A stretch of 64,000 nt of DNA from Akkermansia muciniphila (lineage in GTDB: Bacteria; Verrucomicrobiota; Verrucomicrobiia; Methylacidiphilales; Verrucolacustridaceae), in contig CAMDXQ010000001.1 in the NCBI GenBank assembly GCA_945878585.1, positions 11,597 through 75,596 on the forward strand, read 5' to 3'. The translations under genes and the position numbers were made by a program. Shown in pieces: positions 55,423 through 64,000 of the stretch (the stretch's first letter is position 1; each line of letters opens with the position of its first letter). The notes beneath the pieces were generated by a model that saw nothing but the letters and a program-made list of their open reading frames with translations, did not search any database and was not told where the DNA came from.

Positions 55423-56108
55423 GCACTTCGTGACCCAAAGAGAGCCGTCCCAATTCGTACCAAGGTGGAACCCTCCGCAATGGCTACAGGAAAATCGTGA
55501 CTCATCCCCATCGACAACTCCGGCAAATGAACCCCTTGCGACTCTTGGAGCCGATCGCGAATCTCACGCAGTTTCGAAAAGAACGGCCGCGCCATCTCGG
55601 CATCTTCACGAAACGGCGGAATCGCCATCAACCCAATCACCTCCAACCGCGATAAGGGGATCACCTTTTGAAGCAGCTCATCCACATTCTCTGGGGCGCA
55701 TCCATGCTTGGCCGCCTCCCCGCCCACATTGACCTCCAACATGATCCGCATCTTTTTCCCGGCCATCTCCAACCTTTTCTGGAGTTCTTGGGCTAAATCC
55801 AGCCGGTCAACCGATTCAATCACATCAAAACATTCGACTGCATCCTTCGCCTTGTTGGTTTGCAGACCACCGATGAAGTGCCACTCCCCGCCCATCGGCA
55901 TCTCCGGAATTTTGACCCGCGCCTCTTGCACTCGGTTCTCCCCAAAAAGTCGGTGACCCAATTGCCAGATCACTCGAATTTTTTCCGAATCCATTTTTTT
56001 ACTTACCGCCAAAAGCCTCACCTCACGAGGATCCCTGCCCGCTTTCTCAGCCGATAACCCGATCTGCTTCTGGATCGAGTGATAGTTTTCTTCAAGGGAA
56101 GTATTCAT
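55419..56108 (-). CDS. yggS: PLP homeostasis protein (YggS/PLPBP)
   Basis: LLAVSK, FGENRVQE, WHFIG.LQTNK, LSMGMSHD, VRIGTALFG; start at ATG 56108. Confidence 0.96.
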   Translation of the reverse strand: MNTSLEENYHSIQKQIGLSAEKAGRDPREVRLLAVSKKMDSEKIRVIWQLGHRLFGENRVQEARVKIPEMPMGGEWHFIGGLQTNKAKDAVECFDVIESVDRLDLAQELQKRLEMAGKKMRIMLEVNVGGEAAKHGCAPENVDELLQKVIPLSRLEVIGLMAIPPFREDAEMARPFFSKLREIRDRLQESQGVHLPELSMGMSHDFPVAIAEGSTLVRIGTALFGSRSA

Positions 56109-56163
56109 GATTAGGTAAGCTTGGTTTGCATTGGCGATAAGGTCTGATAATAATGCTCTCCTT

Positions 56164-57093
56164 ATGCAAGTGGAGTCTTTTCGAGTGTTTCGGGATTTAG
56201 TCGAAACCCGTTCCTTTAGCCGTTCTGCCAGCCTGAACGGGATTACCCAGTCTGCCGTCAGCCAGCAACTCCGCTCCATCGAGGTTCGACTCCGCGTCCC
56301 CCTTCTGGAACGCACCAGCAAACAGTTTGCCCTGACCCGCGAAGGCCAACTCCTTTACGAAGCCAGTCGCGAAATCATCGGCTACTACCAGCGCTTTCAA
56401 CATCAGTTGGAGGAAATGCGGAACATTATTTCCGGCACGATCCGTCTGGTAGCTGTCCCAAGCCTGGGCCTGCACGAACTCCCTCCCTATATCAAAGATT
56501 TCCTGAAAGCCTTCCCCCAAGTCAAAATTCAGGTCGATTATCGTCGCTCCAACGAAGTGTATGAGTCGGTCGCCTCTGGAGATGCGGACGTCGGTTTTGT
56601 CGCCTTCCCCTCCCCTCGCAAGGGACTCAAGGTAGAAACATTCAAAAAAGATACCCTGCATATCATTTGTGCAGCGGGCCACCCACTCCTGAAAAAAGGC
56701 CCCGTTGATCTTGCCAATCTTGGCCAAACGAAAATTATCTCCCTCGCTCCCGAGATGCCCACCCGCCAGGGGTTGGATCGTATTCTGGCAACCCGGGGCC
56801 TCAAATTTCAGCCGATGATGGAGTTTGATAACGTCGAGACCCTAAAACAAGCGGTCGAGATTAATGCTGGAATCGCTTTTCTACCCGCCTCGGCAGTTGC
56901 CACAGAACTTGCCAAAGGATCTCTCGCCATTCTCCCCCACCTCGGCAAGGAGATTATCCGTCCCCTCGGAATCGTATTCCGTGCCAGCAGAATGGTCTCC
57001 CCCGCGGTGAAGCGTTTCCTTAAAGCGCTCAAGACCCCTCGTGAATCCGCCTCCGTTCCAACCCCCGAGCCAATCGCACCCTCATCCCTATGA
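56164..57093 (+). CDS. LysR-family transcriptional regulator
   Basis: SFSRSA...TQSAVSQQLRSIE HTH, LTREG; start at ATG 56164. Confidence 0.93.
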   Translation: MQVESFRVFRDLVETRSFSRSASLNGITQSAVSQQLRSIEVRLRVPLLERTSKQFALTREGQLLYEASREIIGYYQRFQHQLEEMRNIISGTIRLVAVPSLGLHELPPYIKDFLKAFPQVKIQVDYRRSNEVYESVASGDADVGFVAFPSPRKGLKVETFKKDTLHIICAAGHPLLKKGPVDLANLGQTKIISLAPEMPTRQGLDRILATRGLKFQPMMEFDNVETLKQAVEINAGIAFLPASAVATELAKGSLAILPHLGKEIIRPLGIVFRASRMVSPAVKRFLKALKTPRESASVPTPEPIAPSSL

Positions 57094-57593
57094 CGAGCCC
57101 CGTTGATTCCTCCATGACGCCCCAGGCCCGTGCGTATGAAACGATGCGCACCCAAGGTCTTCGTTTTACCTCCCAGCGAAAAACGATCACCGAAGTCGCC
57201 TTTGGTAATCGCGAGCACTTTAGCGCCGAATCCCTTCTCGCCCGCTCTCGTCGCCGTAATCCGAAGGTATCCCGCGCCACCGTCTATCGCACTCTGGCTT
57301 TTCTTGTTCGTGCAGGACTCCTTCGTCAGGTCGATCTCGGCCAATCCTCCCCCCTCTACGACCCCAATTTTGCCGAACACCCCAGGCATGGTCACTTTGT
57401 CTGTGTCGACTGCCGAAAAATCATCGAATTCCACGACCATTGCCTCGATGTCCGCGAATCGATCGTCACAAAGGACCACGGATTCAGCCCCCGCCGCGTC
57501 AGCCTTCAGATTGAAGCCACCTGCGACGCCCTCCGGGAAAAAGGCACCTGCCCCCAGAGCACACGTGCGGTTCGGCCGCGTCCTAAAAAATAA
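57090..57593 (+). CDS. Fur-family transcriptional regulator
   Basis: HFSAE, SRATVYRTL, HGHFVCVDC..IIEF. Confidence 0.93.
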   Translation: MTSPVDSSMTPQARAYETMRTQGLRFTSQRKTITEVAFGNREHFSAESLLARSRRRNPKVSRATVYRTLAFLVRAGLLRQVDLGQSSPLYDPNFAEHPRHGHFVCVDCRKIIEFHDHCLDVRESIVTKDHGFSPRRVSLQIEATCDALREKGTCPQSTRAVRPRPKK

Positions 57594-59829
57594 TCTTTAG
57601 CCCACCGTACCAGTTGCGTGGCATGGAGGGATCGATCCCATCCCCCCGAATTCTTGCGTAATACTGCTTGTTAAAAAGGTTGTTAATCCCACCGACGAAA
57701 CTGACGTAATCATTCCACAGCTTTGCCTCCACCGTAAGGTCCCAGACGTTGTAAGCAGGAATGAATCGGGAATCTGAACCTGTCAGATTATTGTCACTCG
57801 CGTAGCTGTGCCCCACATAAGAACCAAGGAACGAGGCCTTCACCTTGGACTGCCAATCATACACAAGGCCCGTCTTGTATACGTAGTTCGATAGGTACTG
57901 CGGGGTTTTTCCATCATTCGGACCATTGATAAAATTTCCGTTTTGCAACGTCAGAGCAGTGTAAAAATAAACAGCCCCATACTCTTTTGACCAACCGGCT
58001 GTCTTTCCGTCGTGCAAATCCCCGAAACCCATCTGCTGGTGAGCAATGCCATCGGCGATTCCCACCAGATCCACCTGAAAAAGCAGATCCCAACCGTACA
58101 CCCGGGAACGACCCGAATTGCTGACCGTATTGACTCCCCCGACTGCGGTCTCCCCAATCTGGTTCGAATAGTCGACACAAAATCCACTTGTGTCGAAAGT
58201 CAGCCAATCCGTTGGAGTTCCTCGGCAACCCGCCTCATAGTTCCACACGGTACCTTCCTGCAAATTCCCAGAGACTCGCAAATTCGGGCCTGTCGGAACC
58301 GCTTGGGCGAAAGTCGGAGGACGGTACGCCTCCGAAACGTTCGCATACATCGCTATCTCCTGGGGCAACGCATACTCCAGACCCAATCCGATCAGCGGGA
58401 CGAAATTGTTTTGTGTCTGAGTTCCAATCGGTTGGCCTGCTGCAAATTTTGACTGATTGATTGTCTCATCCACTGATTGCCAAATGTTTTCCATCCGGAA
58501 CCCGGGAACAACCGAAAGATCCCCCACCGTAAACTTGTTCTCCACAAAGAAAGGTGCGTACCAAACAGAGCGGTCGCTCTGATTACGAATCTGCCCTGTG
58601 TTCGAGGTGGGCGTCAGACCCTGCTTGTCGGTTCTTGGGGAGGTCGTGTTATAGACCATAAAGCCCGCCGACAATGTCTGCGATTCCCCTCCCAAGTCCC
58701 AATCCCACCGCCAGCGAGGCTCCATTCCCCAAGTATAAAACTGCTGAGACTCAATCTGGGTGGTTTGTTTAGTAGGAAGTGTTCCGAAACCTCCTCCTTC
58801 TTGCCTCCGACTCCAGCGACGGTAGTAGTCAAACCACACTCGGTATGAAAAGAAGAGGTCATCCTCAAATTCAGACTCATGAATGGCAGAAACTGCGTAC
58901 CGGTTCAGCTCAAACTGGTCGTTAAACCGGGAGGTAGCATTCCGATTAACGTTATAATTTACGGGAGTTCGGACCGTATCATTGTTTAGCCGCATCCCTC
59001 CCGGCTCTCCATGACACTCCTCATAGCCATTGAACTTAAAATACCAGCGATGCTTTGTTTCCGCATCGAGGGCCATAGTTAAATTTCCGTTGTTCAGATC
59101 GTACTGACTATTGGCGTCACGAAAGCCTTGGGATTGCCGATGATTAAACCACCCGTAATAACCGATGTTATCCACGGTTCCTCCCACCGCGTTAAAACTG
59201 GAGATATAATCAAAACTCCCCCCCATGGTGATCGATTCGGCGGAAAACTTTTTGTCGAGGGGTGGCTTTCGCATCACAAAGTTAATCGCGCCAGCAGGTT
59301 GGGGTCCGTACATCAAAGCCGCTCCCCCTCGAATAAACTCCATGCTCTCCATCGGGTAAGTTGGAGGAAGGTAATAAGCCTCTGGATACCCAATCATGTC
59401 CGCTTGAATGGGAATTCCATCTTCCAAGACCTGAAAACTTTGCAATCTGTGAGGATCAAATCCGCGATACGCCAAGCTCGTGAGAGGTGTCGTCTCATCA
59501 GCCACAACCAACCCGGGGGTCGTCGCCGTGATCTGACGCCAGTTGTCATCTTTGACCTCCGGCAGGTAGTGCGCATCAATGTTTGAGGTGCGCTTTCCTG
59601 CATTGATCCGCGTTCCCTCAACATCAGGAAGAAATGGCAACCGGGTCTGCACGTCATAGTCCGCCTCAACTTCTACCTGCTGTAAACGTACAACCTCATC
59701 CCCACCCCTCTCGCCCACCCGCCCCTCCTCTACTGCGACAGTTGGTGAGGAGGTTTGAGCATTCCCACGAAACCCAAAATTGAGCAACCCAATGAAAAAT
59801 AGAAAATATGCCAAAAAGCCCAATCCCAT
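57583..59829 (-). CDS. TonB-dependent receptor (FecA-like)
   Basis: Signal peptide, plug motif (EFIRGGAALMYGPQPAGAINF), NNLFNKQY, C-terminal Phe. Confidence 0.93.
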   Translation of the reverse strand: MGLGFLAYFLFFIGLLNFGFRGNAQTSSPTVAVEEGRVGERGGDEVVRLQQVEVEADYDVQTRLPFLPDVEGTRINAGKRTSNIDAHYLPEVKDDNWRQITATTPGLVVADETTPLTSLAYRGFDPHRLQSFQVLEDGIPIQADMIGYPEAYYLPPTYPMESMEFIRGGAALMYGPQPAGAINFVMRKPPLDKKFSAESITMGGSFDYISSFNAVGGTVDNIGYYGWFNHRQSQGFRDANSQYDLNNGNLTMALDAETKHRWYFKFNGYEECHGEPGGMRLNNDTVRTPVNYNVNRNATSRFNDQFELNRYAVSAIHESEFEDDLFFSYRVWFDYYRRWSRRQEGGGFGTLPTKQTTQIESQQFYTWGMEPRWRWDWDLGGESQTLSAGFMVYNTTSPRTDKQGLTPTSNTGQIRNQSDRSVWYAPFFVENKFTVGDLSVVPGFRMENIWQSVDETINQSKFAAGQPIGTQTQNNFVPLIGLGLEYALPQEIAMYANVSEAYRPPTFAQAVPTGPNLRVSGNLQEGTVWNYEAGCRGTPTDWLTFDTSGFCVDYSNQIGETAVGGVNTVSNSGRSRVYGWDLLFQVDLVGIADGIAHQQMGFGDLHDGKTAGWSKEYGAVYFYTALTLQNGNFINGPNDGKTPQYLSNYVYKTGLVYDWQSKVKASFLGSYVGHSYASDNNLTGSDSRFIPAYNVWDLTVEAKLWNDYVSFVGGINNLFNKQYYARIRGDGIDPSMPRNWYGGLKIIF

Positions 59830-59838
59830 GATCCATTA

Positions 59839-59891
59839 AGGATACTGAGACGCATTCTCATGATCAATTAGTTTATTGCGATAGTGTCTCA
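59839..59891. promoter_or_regulatory. Two Fur-box-like operators in the divergent TBDR/exbB promoter region
   Basis: TGAGA-cgcat-TCTCA (59846-59860) inside the spacer of TTGATC-17-TATCCT; TGCGA-tagtg-TCTCA (59877-59891). Confidence 0.7.
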
Positions 59892-59932
59892 TTTTTCGTG
59901 ACAACAAAACTACCGTAATATATTTTTCGTTC

Positions 59933-60622
59933 ATGTTGGGCGGAATATCATTCATGGATTTCATGATGCGCGGTGGACCTCTGATGTGGGTCCTCCTTGC
60001 GTTCTCCTGCGTTGCGTTGGCGGTGACTATCGAGCGGATACTGACCTACACTTACTACGGATACTCCTCTGACCGCTGGCTTCGATCCCTGCTCCAGACC
60101 ATACGCACCTCAGGTACCGCCGCGGCCCTTTCCCTAGCCGTTGCTTGTCGTCATCCCGTGGCCAGGGTGGTTCAAACGTATCTCGAGGAACTGGATCGCC
60201 CCACCAAAGTCCGCCAAGACAACCTAAGGCGGACCGGATCGCTTGCCCTGGAGGCGGTGGAAAAAAACCTTCGAATTCTGGCCGCTCTTGCCCATCTATC
60301 TCCGCTGGTGGGCCTCCTAGGCACTGTCCAAGGCATGGTGGTGGCTTTTTCGAAAATTGAATCGATTCAAGGGACGGTGAAGCCGTCCGACTTGGCGGGC
60401 GGCATTTGGGAGGCCCTCCTGACCACCGTTTTCGGCCTGGTCATTGCCATCCCCTGCATGGCTTTTTACCACGCGTTCGAAGGGCATGCGGACAAGATTG
60501 CTCGGAGAATGGAGTTGGCAGTCACCTCTTTGGATGATCTTCTGAGCCAATCCACCCTGGCTCCCTCTGGACGAGTCATTCCACCTCGTACAAAGGAGGA
60601 GGAGTTCTCGGTCGTCCAGTAA
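59933..60622 (+). CDS. exbB: ExbB/TolQ/MotA proton-channel protein
   Basis: SPLVGLLGTVQGM, GIWEALLTTVFGL.IAIP. Confidence 0.92.
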   Translation: MLGGISFMDFMMRGGPLMWVLLAFSCVALAVTIERILTYTYYGYSSDRWLRSLLQTIRTSGTAAALSLAVACRHPVARVVQTYLEELDRPTKVRQDNLRRTGSLALEAVEKNLRILAALAHLSPLVGLLGTVQGMVVAFSKIESIQGTVKPSDLAGGIWEALLTTVFGLVIAIPCMAFYHAFEGHADKIARRMELAVTSLDDLLSQSTLAPSGRVIPPRTKEEEFSVVQ

Positions 60623-60627
60623 AGCCC

Positions 60628-61023
60628 ATGTTCTCACGCCCGAAACGCATTACCACCTCGATCGATATGGCTCCGCTGATCGACGTGGTCTTTCTTTTAC
60701 TCATCTTTTTCATGCTCACCTCCTCCTTCACGTCCCCTTCCCTCCAGATCAAGCTTCCAACAGCACGCGGGCAATCGGACACGTCCCCTGAGGCCATCCT
60801 TGTGTCAGTCGATGCTCAAGGATCGATCACTCTCCAGGGCTCCCCTGTTTCTCTTTCCCAGTTTGATCAGAAACTCAGCGCCTTATGCCAAGGTCAACTA
60901 GATCGAAAGATTCATTTTCGTGGAGATCAAAGCATGAATTACGGCCTTTTTGTCGATCTGATGGATCGAGCTCGGCAGATCGGCATCGTCCAATTTAATC
61001 TCGTCCACGATCCTAAAAAATAG
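60628..61023 (+). CDS. exbD: ExbD/TolR protein
   Basis: IDMAPLIDVVFLLLIFFM. Confidence 0.93.
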   Translation: MFSRPKRITTSIDMAPLIDVVFLLLIFFMLTSSFTSPSLQIKLPTARGQSDTSPEAILVSVDAQGSITLQGSPVSLSQFDQKLSALCQGQLDRKIHFRGDQSMNYGLFVDLMDRARQIGIVQFNLVHDPKK

Positions 61024-61026
61024 CCG

Positions 61027-61659
61027 ATGACTCTCTTTTACCCCGCTCCCAGAGATAAAATTTTTCTCTTTCTCGGGCTCACTGCGTCTGCGGTTCTGCA
61101 TGCGACCCTCTTTTTCTCTCGCCCCTCCATCACCACAACCCAAGATTTCGCAGTTCAACCTTCCGATTTCTCGGTCGAAATTACAATGATCGAAACCTCT
61201 GCAGGCCAAACGGAAACAGTACAGGAGCCCGTTCTAACTACCCCAGTTCCCACTTCGAATACCTTCGATAGCGCATCCACCGCCTCTTCTGCTGCCCCTG
61301 AACTACCTAGACCCGACCCCTCACCCCGACTTCTTCCGACTCCATCCCCCTCTCAGCTTCCTCCGTCCCATGCCAGTTCGACCGTCCTCGCCCGCCCCAA
61401 CCCTTCCCGAAACTCCGCCCCCATCTATCCTGAGGTTGCCCGAAAAAATGGGTGGGCTGGCACTGTCCTTCTTCGGGCCAAAATTTCCGCACAAGGGAAT
61501 GTTGAATCCCTCTCGATACTCAAGAGCACTGGGCATGATCTCCTCGACCAATCTGCCACTACAGCTGTCAGACAATGGCATTTTCATCCACAAAAAGTGA
61601 ATGGGAACCCTGTCCCTGTTACAGTTGAGTTGCCTGTGAAGTTTTCCTTGAATCAGTAG
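61027..61659 (+). CDS. tonB: Energy transducer TonB
   Basis: TM with S..LH motif, Pro-rich linker, YPEVARKNGWAGTV...LDQSA..AVRQW. Confidence 0.92.
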   Translation: MTLFYPAPRDKIFLFLGLTASAVLHATLFFSRPSITTTQDFAVQPSDFSVEITMIETSAGQTETVQEPVLTTPVPTSNTFDSASTASSAAPELPRPDPSPRLLPTPSPSQLPPSHASSTVLARPNPSRNSAPIYPEVARKNGWAGTVLLRAKISAQGNVESLSILKSTGHDLLDQSATTAVRQWHFHPQKVNGNPVPVTVELPVKFSLNQ

Positions 61660-61671
61660 CCACCCAATCTG

Positions 61672-61709
61672 ACCTTGGCTCGCCAAGGTTCCTTGCGTAG
61701 GTTTCAAGG
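61672..61709 (+). promoter_or_regulatory. Hairpin(s) after tonB overlapping a putative tig promoter
   Basis: ACCTTGGC/GCCAAGGT dyad; TTGGCT-17-TAGGTT. Confidence 0.4.
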
Positions 61710-61715
61710 CTGCAT

Positions 61716-63014
61716 ATGAAGGTTTCCTTGGAAAATATGGGCGGTTGTCGCCGTCGCCTCAAAGGCGAAATCACTGCCGATCAAGTCCGCCTGACGGAAG
61801 AAAAGGTCACTCTCTCCTTTCAAAAATCTGCCCGCCTTCCGGGGTTCCGTCCAGGTCATGCCCCGCTCGAAATGGTTCGTCGTCGCTACGCTCCCGATAT
61901 CCAAAGCGAACTGAAAGACAGCCTTCTCCGCGAAGGACTCCGCCATGCGGTCGAAAAGGAAAAGCTGCGCCTGGTGGATGATCCTGCGGTCGAAGAAGCC
62001 AATTTCGAGAAAGACAAAAAGTTTAAGTTCGTTCTCCGTGTCGACCTCGCCCCTGAATTTAAAGTTCCCGCTGCCAAAGGACTAAAGATCCCGAAGAAAA
62101 GCCCCGAGCCGGTGACCGATGCGGATGTGAAATCCGCTCTCGACCGGTTAGCCGAGCCGATGGCCCATTTCCATACCCTTCCCCCTCGCCCCGCCCAAGA
62201 AGGCGATTACGCCGTGCTCGATTTTGAAGGAACCTGTGGTGGCAAAAAAATCCTCGAACTCGCCCCCCAGGCAGGCCAAGTCGGCGAGGCCAAGAAACTG
62301 TGGGTCTGGTTGAAACCCGATGCCTTCCTCCCTGGCTTTGTCCCGGCTCTCTACGGAATGAACCCCGGAGAGACCCGCAAGGTAGAGGTCAAATTTCCCA
62401 AAGAGTTCCCCCATGCCGCCCTTCAGAAGCAGACCGGCCACTACGAGGTGACCCTGCATGAACTAAAAGAGCGCCATGTCCCCGAAGTAGATGAAGCCTT
62501 TTGCCAAGAAAACTATAAGATGCCGAAAACTGAATTAGAGTCCCGCGTCCGCGAGGATCTGACCGCTTCACGCGACTCCGCTCACCGAGCCGAAGAGGGT
62601 CGTGCCATCACCCAAGCCCTCTTAGCCTCCACCAAAATGGATGTGCCCGAACCTCTTCTCGACGAGGAACGTCGCCGTCTGGTGGCTCGCCTGGTGGAGG
62701 AAAATCAGCGCCGTGGAGTCTCGAACGAGGAGCTGATCAAACACAAAGACGATATTCTTAAAACGGCCGGCCAGAACGCTGAGGAAAATGTGAAGCTCAG
62801 CTTTCTTTTACGCCGGATCGCCGAAGCGGAAGGCCTCAAGGTGGAGGAGCAGGAAGTCGTCCAGGAAGTCGCCATTCTTGCCGCCCAATCGGGACAGGAT
62901 GCTCGCCTGTTCGCCAAGCGCCTCCAGAAATCGAACGTCTTGCCCTCACTTGCTGACACTCTTTTGCGCAGAAAAACCGTTGATTTCCTTTTGCAACACG
63001 CCGTCCGTGGGTAA
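61716..63014 (+). CDS. tig: Trigger factor
   Basis: LPGFRPGHAP signature, FKBP domain, position before clpPX. Confidence 0.97.
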   Translation: MKVSLENMGGCRRRLKGEITADQVRLTEEKVTLSFQKSARLPGFRPGHAPLEMVRRRYAPDIQSELKDSLLREGLRHAVEKEKLRLVDDPAVEEANFEKDKKFKFVLRVDLAPEFKVPAAKGLKIPKKSPEPVTDADVKSALDRLAEPMAHFHTLPPRPAQEGDYAVLDFEGTCGGKKILELAPQAGQVGEAKKLWVWLKPDAFLPGFVPALYGMNPGETRKVEVKFPKEFPHAALQKQTGHYEVTLHELKERHVPEVDEAFCQENYKMPKTELESRVREDLTASRDSAHRAEEGRAITQALLASTKMDVPEPLLDEERRRLVARLVEENQRRGVSNEELIKHKDDILKTAGQNAEENVKLSFLLRRIAEAEGLKVEEQEVVQEVAILAAQSGQDARLFAKRLQKSNVLPSLADTLLRRKTVDFLLQHAVRG

Positions 63015-63023
63015 TTTATAGAA

Positions 63024-63647
63024 ATGAGTACCGATCCCAAGGCCGACTACTTCGTTCCCAGCGTCATTGAACAGACAGGCCGCGGCGAACGCGCCTACGA
63101 CATCTACTCCCGCCTCCTGAAGGATCGCATCATTTTCATCGGAACGGCAATCGATGACACCATGGCGAACTCCATCATCGCGCAGTTACTTTTTCTCCAG
63201 ATGGAAGACCCTAAGAAAGACGTCAGCATCTACGTCCACTCCCCGGGTGGTTACGTGACCGCAGGTCTCGCGATTTACGACACCATGCAGTACATCACCT
63301 GCGAAGTTTCGACCTACTGCATCGGCCAGGCCGCCAGCATGGGAGCCGTCCTGCTCGCCGCAGGCACAAAAGGGAAACGCTACTGCCTACCCAACGCCCG
63401 GATCATGATTCATCAGCCCCTTGGCGGAGCCCAAGGACAGGCCACCGATATCAGCATTCAGGCCCAAGAGATCCTTCGCGCCAAGAAACGTCTGAACGAA
63501 ATCCTTGCGCACCACACCGGCCAGAGTTTCGATACGGTAGAAAAAGACACCGATCGGGATCGCTTTATGTCCGCTGAGGATGCCAAGGCCTACGGCCTCG
63601 TTGATCACGTCGTCTCCTTCCGCAAAGAGGAGCAGCCCAAGAAGTAA
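63024..63647 (+). CDS. clpP: ATP-dependent Clp protease proteolytic subunit
   Basis: [28 protein letters not shown]. Confidence 0.98.
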   Translation: MSTDPKADYFVPSVIEQTGRGERAYDIYSRLLKDRIIFIGTAIDDTMANSIIAQLLFLQMEDPKKDVSIYVHSPGGYVTAGLAIYDTMQYITCEVSTYCIGQAASMGAVLLAAGTKGKRYCLPNARIMIHQPLGGAQGQATDISIQAQEILRAKKRLNEILAHHTGQSFDTVEKDTDRDRFMSAEDAKAYGLVDHVVSFRKEEQPKK

Positions 63648-63659
63648 AGTCGGCGCCCG

Positions 63660-64000
63660 ATGGCCCGCCCCACTCACCTCACGCTCTGCTCCTTCTGCGG
63701 CAAAAGCCACGCAGAGGTCAAAAAACTGATCGCCGGTCCCGGGGTCTATATCTGTGACAACTGTATCACCCTTTGCACAAACATCCTGAACCGTGAAGTC
63801 GGGGAAAACCCCGTTGGCAAAGGCATCCTTAAGAGCCTCCCCAAACCCCGCGAAATTCGTGCGGAACTGGATCGCCATGTCATCGGCCAGGATCGGGCGA
63901 AACGCACCCTAGCCGTCGCCGTACACAACCACTACAAGAGGGTCCGCGGTCCCCAAACCGACACTCTTCCCACCGACCACGCGGATGTGGAACTGGAAAA
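63660..64000 (+). CDS. clpX: ATP-dependent Clp protease ATP-binding subunit, N-terminal part (truncated by window end)
   Basis: Hand translation [35 protein letters not shown]...[21 protein letters not shown]. Confidence 0.96.
   Translation, partial: MARPTHLTLCSFCGKSHAEVKKLIAGPGVYICDNCITLCTNILNREVGENPVGKGILKSLPKPREIRAELDRHVIGQDRAKRTLAVAVHNHYKRVRGPQTDTLPTDHADVELE

Overview
This is a core-genome window from a bacterium, most likely Verrucomicrobiota (inferred from the PEP-CTERM protein, the bamD-lptE pairing and the style of the RpoB, S11 and SecY insertions). About 31 kb (11.2-42.4 kb, minus strand) is the translation/transcription supercluster: tRNA-Thr, tuf, tRNA-Trp, secE, nusG, rplKAJL, rpoBC, rpsLG, fusA, and the S10, spc and alpha blocks. 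To its left are malQ, a secreted EEP nuclease, a WG-repeat/BamD fusion plus lptE, dusB, an SDR, tRNA-Ala and a LysM-TPR lipoprotein cluster. To its right are pyrRBC-carA, mrp, a degenerate NifS-like gene, mutL, parB, a PEP-CTERM protease, yggS-mpg-NadD-like, LysR-Fur, a TonB-dependent uptake module and tig-clpP-clpX. I saw no mobile element, CRISPR array or rRNA. The main observations are: (1) a non-ribosomal, apparently exported 214-aa gene wedged between rpsS and rplV, overlapping both; (2) two hairpins with complementary loops (candidate kissing-loop RNA) between rpsD and rpoA; (3) structured RNA upstream of rpsL and between rplJ and rplL; (4) a PyrR site that occludes the pyrR SD; (5) short S14 and L36 that have lost their Zn ligands in place; (6) a cysteine-desulfurase homolog with the PLP lysine replaced by Arg; (7) repeated leaderless-type promoter geometry. 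All protein-family calls come from motif recognition by eye, not database searches.
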